From Eledone cirrhosa (lineage: Eukaryota), in the NCBI GenBank assembly GCA_964016885.1, contig CAXHJY010000489.1, forward strand, positions 1 through 64,000: a DNA stretch of 64,000 bases, in the 5' to 3' direction. How positions within the stretch are numbered: the stretch's first letter is position 1; each line of letters opens with the position of its first letter. Under the pieces are notes generated by a model, which was not told the origin of the DNA, did not search any database, and worked only from the letters and a program-made list of their open reading frames with translations. The translations under genes and the position numbers were made by a program. This document shows positions 52,901-64,000 of this stretch, in pieces.

Positions 52901-55900
52901 TGTCCGTGTTAGCATTTCTATTAGTTTTATTGTTAGTGTCTGTGTTAGCGTTTGCATTAGTTTTATTGTTCGTGTCTGCGTTTGCGTGAGCGTTTGCATT
53001 AGTTTTAGTGTTAGTGTCAGTGTTAGCGTTTGCATTAGTTTTAGTGTCTGTGTTAGCGTTTGCGTTAGTATCTGTGTTAGTGTCTGTGTTAGCGTTTGCA
53101 TTAGTTTTAGTGTTAGTGTCTGTGTTAGCGTTTGCATTAGTTTTAGTGTCTGTGTTAGCGTTTTCATTTGTTTTAGTGTTAGTGTCTGTGTTAGCGTTTG
53201 CAATAGTTTTAGTGTCTGTGTTAGCGTTTGCATTAGTTTTAGTGTTAGTGTCTGTGTTAGTGTTTGCTTTAGTTTTAGTGTTAGTGTCTCTGTTAGCATT
53301 TACGATAATTTTAGTGTTAGTGTTTGTATTAGCGTTTGCATTAGTTTTACTGTTAGTGTCTGTTAGCGTTTGCATTAGTTTTAGTGTTAGTGTCTGTGTT
53401 AGCGTTTGCGTTAGCGTTAGTGTCTGTGTTAGCGTTTGCGTTAGCGTTAGTGTCTGTGTTAGCGTTTGCATTAGTTTTAGTGTTATTGTCTGTGTTAGCG
53501 TTTGCGTTAGTGTCTGTGTGAGTGTGTGTGTTAGCGTTTGCATTAATTTAAGTGTTAGTGTCTGTGTTAGCATTTGCGTTAATTTTAGTGTTAGTGTCTG
53601 TGTTAGCGTTTGCATTAGTTTTAATGTTAGTGTCTGAGTTAGCGTTTGCATTAGTTTTAGGGCTAGGGTCTGTGTTAGCGTTTGCATTAGTTTTATTGTT
53701 CGTGTCTGTGTTAGCGTTTGCATTAGTTTTAATGTTAGTGCCTGAGTTAGCGTTTGCATTAGTTTAGTGCTATTGTCTGTGTTAGCAATGGCATTAGTTT
53801 TATTGTTAGTGTCTGTGTTAGCATTTGCATTAGTTTTATTGTTCGTGTCTGCGTTTGCGTTAGCTTTTGCATTAGTTTTAGTGTTATTGTCTGTGTTAGC
53901 GTTTGCATTAGTTTTAGTGTCTGTGTTAGCGTTTTCATTAGTTTTAGTGTTAGTGTCTGTGTTAGCGGTTGTGTTAGTGTCTGTGTTAGTGTCTGTGTTA
54001 GTGTCTGTGTTCGCGTTTGCATTAGTTTTAGTGTTAGTGTCTGTGTTAGCGTTTGCATTAGTTTTAGTGCTAGTGTCTGTGTTAGCGTTTGCATTAGTTT
54101 TAGTGTTATTGTCCGTGTTAGCATTTCCATTAGTTTTATTGTTAGTGTCTGTGTTAGCGTTTGCATTAGTTTTAGTGTTAGTGTCTGTGTTAGCGTTTGC
54201 ATTAGTTTTAGTGTTAGTGTGTGTTAGCGTTTGCATTAGTTTTAGTGTTAGTGTCTGTGTTAGAGTTTGCATTAGTTTTAGTGTTATTGTCTGTGTTAGC
54301 ATTTCCATTAGTTTTATTGTTAGTGTCTGTGTTAGCGTTTGCATTAGTTTTAGTGTTAGTGTCTGTGTTAGCGTTTGCATTAATTTTAGTGTTAGTGTCT
54401 GTGTTAGCATTTGCGTTAATTTTAGTGTTAGTGTCTGTGTTAGCGTTTGTATTAGTTTTAATGTTAGTGTCTGAGTTACGTTTGCATTAGTTTTAGGGCT
54501 AGTGTCTGTGTTAGCGTTTGCATTAGTTTTATTGTTCGTGTCTGTGTTAGCGTTTGCATTAGTTTTAGTGTTAGTGTCTGTGTTAGCGTTTGCATTAGTT
54601 TTAATGTTAGTGTCTGAGTTAGCGTTTGCATTAGTTTTATTGTTAGTGTCTGTGTTAGCATTTGCATTAGTTTTATTGTTAGTGTCTGCGTTTGCGTTAG
54701 CTTTTGCATTAGTTTTAGTGTTATTGTCTGTGTTAGCGTTTGCATTAGTTTTAGTGTCTGTGTTAGCGTTTTCATTAGTTTTAGTGTTAGTGTCTGTGTT
54801 AGCGTTTGCGTTAGTGTCTGTGTTAGTGTCTGTGTTAGTGTCTGTGTTAGTGTCTGTGTTCGCGTTTGCATTTGTTTTAGTGTTAGTGTCTGTGTTAGTG
54901 TCTGTGTTATCGTTTGCATTAGTTTTAGTGCTAGTGTCTCTGTTAGCGTTTGCATTAGTTTTAGTGTTATTGTCCGAGTTAGCATTTCCATTAGTTTTAT
55001 TGTTAGTGTCTGTGTTAGCGTTTGCATTAGTTTTAGTGTTAGCGTTTGCGTTAATGTCTGTGTTAGTGACTGTGTTAGCGTTTGCATTAGTTTTAGTGTT
55101 AGTGTCTGTCTTAGCGTTTGCGTTAGCGTTAGTGTCTGTGTTAGCGTTTGCATTAGTTTTAGTGTTAGTGTCTGTGTTAGCGTTTGCATTAGTTTTATTG
55201 TTAGTGTCTGTGTTAGCGTTTGCATTAGTTTTAGTGTTAGCGTTTGCATTAGTTTTAGTGTTAGCGTTTGCATTAGTTTTAGTGTTGGTGTCTGTGTTAC
55301 TGTTTGCATTAGTTTTAGTGTTAGTGTCTGTGTTAGCATTTGCATTAGTTTTAGTGTTCGTGTCTGAGTTAACGTTTGCATTAGTTTTATTGTTCGTGTC
55401 TGCGTTTGCGTGAGCGTTTGCATTAGTTTTAGTGTTAGTGTCAGTGTTAGCGTTTGCATTAGTTTTAGTGTCTGTGTTAGCGTTTGCGTTAGTATCTGTG
55501 TTAGTGTCTGTGTTAGCGTTTGCATTAGTTTTAGTGTTAGTGTCTCTGTTAGCATTTACGATAATTTTAGTGTTAGTGTTTGTATTAGCGTTTGCATTAG
55601 TTTTACTGTTAGTGTCTCTGTTAGCGTTTGCATTAGTTTTAGTGTTAGTGTCTGTGTTAGCGTTTGCGTTAGCGTTAGTGTCTGTGTTAGCGTTTTCATT
55701 TGTTTTAGTGTTAGTGTCTGTGTTAGTGTTTGCTTTAGTTTTAGTGTTAGTGTCTCTGTTAGCATTTACGATAATTTTAATGTTAGTGTTTGTATTAGCG
55801 TTTGCATTAGTTTTACTGTTAGTGTCTCTGTTAGCGTTTGCATTAGTTTTAGTGTTAGTGTCTGTGTTAGCGTTTGCGTTAGCGTTAGTGTCTGTGTTAG

Positions 55901-58900
55901 CGTTTGCATTAGTTTTAGTGTTAGTGTCTGTGTTAGTGTTTGCTTTAGTTTTAGTGTTAGTGTCTCTGTTAGCATTTACGATAATTTTAGTGTTAGTGTT
56001 TTTATTAGCGTTTGCATTAGTTTTACTGTTAGTGTCTCTGTTAGCGTTTGCATTAGTTTTAGTGTTAGTGTCTGTGTTAGCGTTTGCGTTAGCGTTAGTG
56101 TCTGTGTTAGCGTTTGCATTAGTTTTAGTGTTATTGTCTGTGTTAGCGTTTGCGTTAGTGTCTGTGTGAGTGTGTGTGTTAGCGTTTGCATTAATTTAAG
56201 TGTTAGTGTCTGTGTTAGCATTTGCGTTAATTTTAGTGTTAGTGTCTGTGTTAGCGTTTGCATTAGTTTTAATGTTAGTGTCGGAGTTAGCGTTTGCATT
56301 AGTTTTAGGGCTAGGGTCTGTGTTAGCGTTTGCATTAGTTTTATTGTTCGTGTCTGTGTTAGCGTTTGCATTAGTTTTAGTGTTAGTGTCTGTGTTAGCG
56401 TTTGCATTAGTTTTAATGTTAGTGCCTGAGTTAGCGTTTGCATTAGTTTAGTGCTATTGTCTGTGTTAGCAATGGCATTAGTTTTATTGTTAGCATTTGC
56501 ATTAGTTTTATTGTTCGTGTCTGCGTTTGCGTTAGCTTTTGCATTAGTTTTAGTGTTATTGTCTGTGTTAGCGTTTGCATTAGTTTTAGTGTCTGTGTTA
56601 GCGTTTTCATTAGTTTTAGTGTTAGTGTCTGTGTTAGCGGTTGTGTTAGTGTCTGTGTTAGTGTCTGTGTTAGTGTCTGTGTTCGCGTTTGCATTAGTTT
56701 TAGTGTTAGTGTCTGTGTTAGCGTTTGCATTAGTTTTAGTGTTAGTGTCTGTGTTAGTGTCTGTGTTAGCGTTTGCATTAGTTTTAGTGCTAGTGTCTCT
56801 GTTAGCGTTTGCATTAGTTTTAGTGTTATTGTCCGTGTTAGCATTTCCATTAGTTTTAGTGTTATTGTCTGTGTTATCATTTCCATTAGTTTTATTGTTA
56901 GTGTCTGTGTTAGCGTTTGCATTAGTTTTAGTGTTAGTGTCTGTGTTAGCATTTGCGTTAATTTTAGTGTTAGTGTCTGTGTTAGCGTTTGCATTAGTTT
57001 TAATGTTAGTGTCTGAGTTACGTTTGCATTAGTTTTAGGGCTAGTGTCTGTGTTAGCGTTTGCATTAGTTTTATTGTTCGTGTCTGTGTTAGCGTTTGCA
57101 TTAGTTTTAGTGTTAGTGTCTGTGCTAGCGTTTGCATTAGTTTTAATGTTAGTGTCTGAGTTAGCGTTTGCATTAGATTTATTGTTAGTGTCTGTGTTAG
57201 CATTTGCATTAGTTTTATTGTTAGTGTCTGCGTTTGCGTTAGCTTTTGCATTAGTTTTAGTGTTATTGTCTGTGTTAGCGTTTGCATTAGTTTTAGTGTC
57301 TGTGTTAGCGTTTTCATTAGTTTTAGTGTTACTGTCTGTGTTAGCGTTTGCGTTAGTGTCTGTGTTAGTGTCTGTGTTAGTGTCTGTGTTCGCGTTTGCA
57401 TTTGTTTTAGTGTTAGTGTCTGTGTTAGTGTCTGTGTTAGTGTCTGTGTTAGCGTTTGCATTAGTTTTAGTGCTAGTGTCTCTGTTAGCGTTTGCATTAG
57501 TTTTAGTGTTATTGTCCGTGTTAGCATTTCCATTAGTTTTATTGCTAGTGTCTGTGTTAGCGTTTGCATTAGTTTTAGTGTTAGTGTCTGTGTTAGCGTT
57601 TGCATTAGTTTTAGTGTTAGTGTGTGTTAGCGTATGCATTAGTTTTAGTGTTAGTGTCTGTGTTAGCGTTTGCATTAGTTTTAGTGTTAGTGTCTGAGTT
57701 AGCGTTTGAATTAGTTTTAGTGTTATTGTCCGTGTTAGCATTTCTATTAGTTTTATTGTTAGTGTCTGTGTTAGCGTTTGCATTAGTTTTAGTGTTAGTG
57801 TCTGTGTTAGCGTTTGCATTAGTTTTAGTGTTATTGTCTGTGTTAGCGTTTGCATTAATTTTAGTGTTAGTGTCTGTGTTAGAATTTGCGTTAATTTTAG
57901 TGTTAGTGTCTGTTTTAGCGTTTGCATTAGTTTTAATGTTAGTGTCTGAGTTAGCGTTTGCATTAGTTTTAGGGCTAGTGTCTGTGTTAGCGTTTGCATT
58001 AGTTTTATTGTTCGTGTCTGTGTTAGCGTTTGCATTAGTTTTAGTGTTAGTGTCTGTGTTAGCGTTTGCATTAGTTTTAATGTTAGTGTCTGAGTTAGCG
58101 TTTGCATTAGTTTTATTGTTAGTGTCTGTGTTAGCATTTGCATTAGTTTTATTGTTAGTGTCTGCGTTTGCGTTAGCTTTTGCATTAGTTTTAGTGTTAT
58201 TGTCTGTGTTAGCGTTTGCATTAGTTTTAGTGTCTGTGTTAGCGTTTTCATTAGCTGTAGTGTTAGTGTCTGTGTTAGCGTTTTCATTAGCTTTAGTGTT
58301 AGTGTCTGTGTTAGCGTTTGCGTTAGTGTCTGTGTTAGTGTCTGTGTTCGCGTTTGCATTAGTTTTAGTGTTAGTGTCTGTGTTAGTGTCTGTGTTAGCG
58401 TTTGCATTAGTTTTAGTGCTAGTGTCTCTGTTAGCGTTTGCATTAGTTTTAGTGTTATTGTCCGTGTTAGCATTTCCATTAGTTTTATTGTTAGTGTCTG
58501 TGTTAGCGTTTGCATTAGTTTTAGTGTTAGTGTGTGTTAGCGTATGCATTAGTTTTAGTGTCTGTGTTAGCGTTTTCATTAGTTTTAGTGTTAGTGTCTG
58601 TGTTAGCGTTTGCGTTCTTGTCTGTGTTCGTATCTGTGTTAGCGTTTACATTTGTTTTAGTGTTAGTGTCTGTGTTAGCGTTTGCGTTCGTGTCTGTGTT
58701 CGTGTCTGTGTTAGCGTTTGCATTAGTTTTAGTGTTAATGTCTGTGTTAGCGTTTGCATTAATTTTAGTGTTAGTGTCTGTGTTAGCATTTGCGTTAGTT
58801 TTAGTGCTAGTGTCAGTGTTAGCGTTTGCATTAGTTTTAATGTTAGTGTCTGAGTTAGCGTTTGCATTAGTTTTAGTGCTAGTGTCTGTGTTAGCGTTTG

Positions 58901-61900
58901 CATTAGTTTTAGTGTCTGTGTTAGCATTGGCATTAGTTTTATTGTTAGTGTCTGTGTTAGCGTTTGCATTAGTTTCATTGTTAGTGTCTGTGTTAGCGTT
59001 TGCATTAGTTTTAGTGTTAGTGTCTGTGTTAGCGTTTGCGTTAGTGTCTGTGTTAGTGTGTGTGTTAGCGTTTACATTAGTTTTAGTGTTAGTGTCTGTG
59101 TTAGCGTTTGCATTAGTTTTAGTGTTAGTATCTGTGATAGCGTTTGCATTAATTTTAGTGTTAGTGTCTGTGTTAGCATTTGCATTAGTTTTATTGTTAG
59201 TGTCTGTGTTAGCGTTTGCATTAGTTTTAGTGTCTGTATTAGCGTTTGCATTAGTTTTAGTGTTAGTGTCTGTTAGCGTTTGCATTAGTTTTAGTGTTAG
59301 TGTCTGTGTTAGCGTTTGCATTAGTTTTAGTGTCCGTGTTCGCGTTTTCATTAGTTTTAGTGTTAGTGTCTGTGTTAGCGTTTGCGTTAGTGTCTGTGTT
59401 AGTGTCTGTGTTATTGTCTGTGTTAGCGTTAGCGTTAGTGTCTGTGTTAGCGTTTGCATTAGTTTTAGTGTTAGTGTCTGTGTTAGTGTTTGCATTAGTT
59501 TTAGTGTTACTGTCTGTGTTAGCGTTTGCATTAGTTTTAGTGTTAGTGTCTGTGTTAGCGTTTGCATTAGTTTTAGTGTCTGTGTTAGCGTTTTCATTAG
59601 CTGTAGTGTTAGTGTCTGTGTTAGCGTTTTCATTAGCTTTAGTGTTAGTGTCTGTGTTAGCGTTTGCGTTAGTGTCTGTGTTAGTGTCTGTGTTATTGTC
59701 TGTGTTAGCGTTTGCGTTAGTGTCTGTGTTAGCGTTTGCATTTGGTTTTAGTGTTAGTGTCTGTGTTAGCGTTTGCGTTAGCATTTGGGTTAGCGTTAGC
59801 ATTAGTTTTAGTGTTAGTGTCTGTGTTAGCATTTGCGTTAGTTTTAGTGTATGTGTTAGCGTTTTCATTAGTTTTAGTGTCTGTGTTAGCATTGGCATTA
59901 GTTTTATTGTTAGTGTCTGTGTTAGCGTTTGCATTAGTTTTATTGTTAGTGTCTGTGTTAGCGTTTGCATTAGTTTTAGTGTTAGTGTCTGTGTTAGCGT
60001 TTGCATTAGTTTTAATGTTAGCGTTTGCATTAGTTTTAGTGCTATTGTCTGTGTTAGTGCTTGCATTAGTTTTAGTGTCTGTGTTAGCAATGGCATTAGT
60101 TTTATTGTTAGTGTTTGTGTTAGCATTTGCATTAGTTTTATTGTTAGTGTCTGAGTTAGCGTTTGCATTAGTTTTAGTGTTAGTGTCTGTGTTAGCGTTT
60201 GCATTAGTTTTAGTGTTAGTGTCTGCGTTTACGTTAGCGTTTGCATTAGTTTTAGTGTCTGTGTTAGCGTTTTCATTAGTTTTAGTGCTAGTGTCTCTGT
60301 TATCGTTTGCATTAGTTTTAGTGTTATTGTCTGTGTTAGCATTTCCATTAGTTTTATTGTTAGTGTCTGTGTTAGCGTTTGCATTAGTTTTAGTGTTAGT
60401 GTCTGTGTTAGCGTTTGCATTAGTTTTAGTGTTAGTGTCTGTGTTAGCGTTTGCATTAGTGTTAGTGTGTGTTAGCGTTTGCATTAGATTTAGTGTTAGT
60501 GTCTCTGTTAGCGTTTGCATTAGTTTTAGTGTCTGTGTTAGCATTGGCATTAGTTTTATTGTTAGTGTCTGTGTTAGCGTTTGCATTAGTTTTATTGTTA
60601 GTGTCTGTGTTAGCGTTTGCATTAATTTTAGTGTTAGTGTCTGTGTTAGCGTTTGCGTTAGTGTCTGTGTTAGTGTGTGTGTTAGCGTTTGCATTAGTTT
60701 TAGTGTTAGTGTCTGTGTTAGCGTTTGCATTAGTTTTAGTGTTAGTGTCTGTGTTAGCGTTTGCATTAGTTTTAGTGTTAGTATCTGTGATAGCGTTTGC
60801 ATTAATTTTAGTGTTAGTGACTGTGTTAGCATTTGCATTAGTTTTAGTGTTAGTGTCTGTGTTAGCGTTTGCATTAGTTTTAGTGTTAGTGTTAGCCTTT
60901 GCGTTTGCGTTAGCGTTTGCATTAGTTTTAGTGTTAGAGTCTGTGTTAGCGTTTGCATTAATTTTAGTGTCTGTGTTAGCGTTTTCATTAGTTTTAGTGT
61001 TAGTGTCAGCGTTTGCATTAGTTTTAGTGTTAGTGTCTATGTCAGCGTTTGCATTAGTTTTTATGTTAGTGTCTGAGTTAGCGTTTGCATTAGTTTTAGT
61101 GCTATTGTCTGTGTAAGTGTTTGCCTTAGTTTTAGTGTCTGTGTTAGCAATGGCATTAGTTTTATTGTTAGTGTCTGTGTTAGCATTTGCATTAGTTTTA
61201 TTGTTAGTGTCTGTGTTAGCGTTTGCATTAGTTTTAGTGTCTGTATTAGCGTTTGCATTAGTTTTAGTGTTAGTGTCTGTCTTAGAGTTTGCGTTTGCGT
61301 TAGCGTTTGCATTAGTTTTAGTGTTATTGTCAGTGTTAGCGTTTGCATTAGTTTTAGTGTCTGTGTTAGCGTTTTCATTAGTGTCTGTGTTAGTGTCTGT
61401 GTTAGCGTTTGCGTTAGTGTCTGTGTTAGTGTCTGTGTTAGCGTTTGCATTAGTTTTAGTGTTAGTGTCTGTGTTACCGTTTGCGTTAGCGTTAGTGTCT
61501 GTGTTAGCGTTTGCATTAGTTTTAGTGTTAGTGTCTCTGTTAGCGTTTGCATTAGTTTTAGTGTTAGTGTCTGTGTTAGCTTTGGCGTGAGTTTTAGTGT
61601 TAGTGTGTCTTAGCGTTTGCATTAGTTTTAGTGTTAGTGTCTGTGTTAGCGTTTGCATTATTTTAGTGTTAGTATCTGTGATAGCGTTTGCATTAATTTT
61701 AGTGTTCGTGACTGTGTTACCATTTGCATTAATTTTATTGTTAGTGTCTGTATTAGCGTTTGCATTAGTTTTAGTGTTAGTGTCTGTTAGCGTTTGCATT
61801 AGTTTTAGTGTTAGTGTCTGTGTTAGCGTTTGCGTTTGCATTAGCGTTTGCATTAGTTTTAGTGTTATTGCCTGTGTTAGCGTTTGCATTAGTTTTAGTG

Positions 61901-64000
61901 TCTGTGTTAGCGTTTTCATTAGTTTTATTGTTAGTGTCTGTGTTAGCGTTTGCGTTAGTTTTATTGTTAGTGTCTGTGTTAGCGTTAGCGTTAGTGTCTG
62001 TGTTAGCGTTTGCATTAGTTTTAGTGTTAGTGTCTCTGTTAGCGTTTGCATTAATTTTAATGTTAGTGTCTGTGTTAGCGTTTGCGTTATTGTCTGTGTT
62101 AGTGTATGTGTTAGCGTTTGCATTAGTTTTAGTGTTAGTGTCTGTGTTAGCGTTTGCATTAGTTTTAGTGTTAGTGTCTGTGTTAGTGTTTGCATTTGTT
62201 TTAGTGTTAGTGTCTGTGTTAGCGCTTGCATTAGTTTTAGTGTTAGTGTCTGTGTTAGCGTTTGCATTAGTTTTAGTGTTAGTGTCTGTGTTAGCGTTTG
62301 CATTAGTTTTAGTGTTAGTGTCTGTTTTAGCGTTTGCGTTAGTGTCTGTGTTAGCGTTTGCATTAGTTTTAGTGTTAGTGTCTGTGTTAGCGTTTGCGTT
62401 AGTGTCTGTGTTAGCGTTTGCATTAGGTTTTAGTGTTAGTGTCTGTGTTAGCGTTTTCGTTAGCATTTGGGTTAGCGTTTGCATTAGTTTTAGTGTTAGT
62501 GTCTTTGTTAGCGTTTGCGTTAGCATTTGGGTCAGCGTTTGCATTAGTTTTAGTGTTAGTGTCTGTGTTAGCATTTGCATTAGTTTTAGTGTCTGTGTTA
62601 GCGTTTTCATTAGTTTTAGTGTTAGGGTCTGTGTTAGCGTTTGCATTAGTTTTAGTGTTACTGTCTGTGTTAGCGTTTGCATTAGTTTTAGTGTTAGTGT
62701 CTGTGTTAGCGTTTGCATTAGTTTTAGTGCTAGTGTCTCTGTTAGCGTTTGCATTAGTTTTAGTGTTATTGTCTGTGTTAGCATTTCCATTAGTTTTATT
62801 GTTAGTGTCTGTGTTAGCGTTTGCATTAGTTTTAGTGTTAGTGTCTGTGTTAGCGTTTGCATTTGTTTTAGTGTTAGTGTGTGTGTTAGCGTTTGCATTT
62901 GTTTTAGTGTTAGTGTCTGTGTTAGCGTTTGCATTAATTTTAGTGTTAGTGCCTGTGTTAGCATTTGCGTTAATTTTAGTGTTAGTGTCTGCATTAGTTT
63001 TAGTGTTACTGTCTGTGTTAGCGTTTGCATTAGTTTTAATGTTAGTGTCTGAGTTAGCGTTTGCATTAGTTTTAGTGTATGTGTTAGCATTGGCATTAGT
63101 TTTATTGTTAGTGTCTTTGTTAGCATTTGCATTAGTTTTATTGTTAGTGTCTGTGTTAGCGTTTGCATTAGTTTTAGTGTTAGTGTCTGTGTTAGCGTTT
63201 GCGTTAGTGTCTGTGTTAGCGTGTGTGTTAGCGTTTGCATTAGTTTTAGTGTTAGTGTTAGCGTTTGCATTAGTTTTAGTGCTAGTGTCTCTCTTAGCGT
63301 TTGCATTAGTTTTAGTGTTATTGTCTGTGTTAGCATTTTCATTAGTTTTAGTGTTAGTGTCTGTGTTAGCGTTTGCATTAATTTTAGAGTCTGTGTTAGC
63401 GTTTTCATTAATTTTAGTGTTCGTGTCTGTGTTAGCGTTTGCATTAGTTTTAATGTTAGTGTCTGAGTTAGCGTTTGCATTAGTTTTAGTGCTATTGTCT
63501 GTGTTAGTGTTTGCATTAGTTTTAGTTTTAGTGTCTGTGTTAGCGTTTGCATTAGTTTTAGTGTCTGTATTATCGTTTGCATTAGTTTTAGTGTTAGTGT
63601 CTGTTTTAGCGTTTGCATTAGTTTTAGTGTTAGTGTCTGCGTTTGCGTTAGCGTTTGCATTAGTTTTAGTGTTATTGTCTGTGTTAGCGTTTGCATTAGT
63701 TTTAGTGTCTGTGTTAGCGTTTTCATTAGTTTTAGTGTTAGTGTCTGTGTTAGCGTTTGCATTAGTGTCTGTGTTAGTGTCTGTGTTAGCGTTTGCATTA
63801 GTTTTAGTGTTAGTGTTAGCGTTTGCATTAGTTTTAGTGCTAGTGTCTCTGTTAGCGTTTGCATTAGTTTTAATGTTAGTGTCTGTGTTAGCATTTGCAT
63901 TAGTTTTAGTGTCTGTGTTAGCGTTTTCATTAGTTTTAGTGTTAGTGTCTGTGTTAGCGTTTGCATTAGTTTTAATGTTAGTGTCTCTGTTAGCGTTTGC
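25999..64000 (+). repeat. Satellite array (>38 kb, open at the right edge) with 36-bp monomer TTAGCG-TTTGCA-TTAGTT-TTAGTG-TTAGTG-TCTGTG and higher-order repeats
   Basis: The monomer is read directly. Landmark ORFs recur at 29788, 34716, 39722, 44650, 49656 and 54476. Confidence 0.98.

Noticed and set aside
25977-63966. Hundreds of long ORFs (LAFALVLVLVSV, NANANTDTNTKT, MQTLTQTLTLKL) suggesting a repetitive structural protein
   Set aside because: The 36-bp monomer has stops in only one frame per strand, so long ORFs are automatic. Frequent 1-2 bp indels switch frames, so no frame is conserved.
25999-64000. CRISPR-like array (36-bp repeat)
   Set aside because: There are no unique spacers and no cas genes, and the context is eukaryotic.

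Overview
AT-rich, microsatellite-laden eukaryotic (metazoan) DNA with no host gene. The SINE types suggest a mollusc, probably a cephalopod, but this is an inference. Positions 1-24 kb are a pile-up of retroelements joined by (TA)n tracts. There are four distinct Penelope-like element (PLE) families with RT followed by a CxCx5Cx5C linker and a C-terminal GIY-YIG endonuclease (Hydra-clade-like), one of them young and intact (710 aa ORF, direct and inverted pseudo-LTRs). There is also a relic of a fifth PLE-type terminus, a decayed RTE LINE and tRNA-derived SINEs. Reading the non-coding parts by eye shows minimal hammerhead ribozymes in three PLE families plus the relic, one with a ~107-nt stem II. 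A hairpin conserved between two divergent families sits 6-7 nt downstream of the position where integrated copies terminate. Positions 26-64 kb are a satellite of telomere-like hexamers (36-bp monomer) with nested higher-order repeats (210 bp, ~2.3-2.7 kb, ~4.9-5.0 kb, 9934 bp). Almost all ORFs in the track over microsatellites and the satellite are artefacts.
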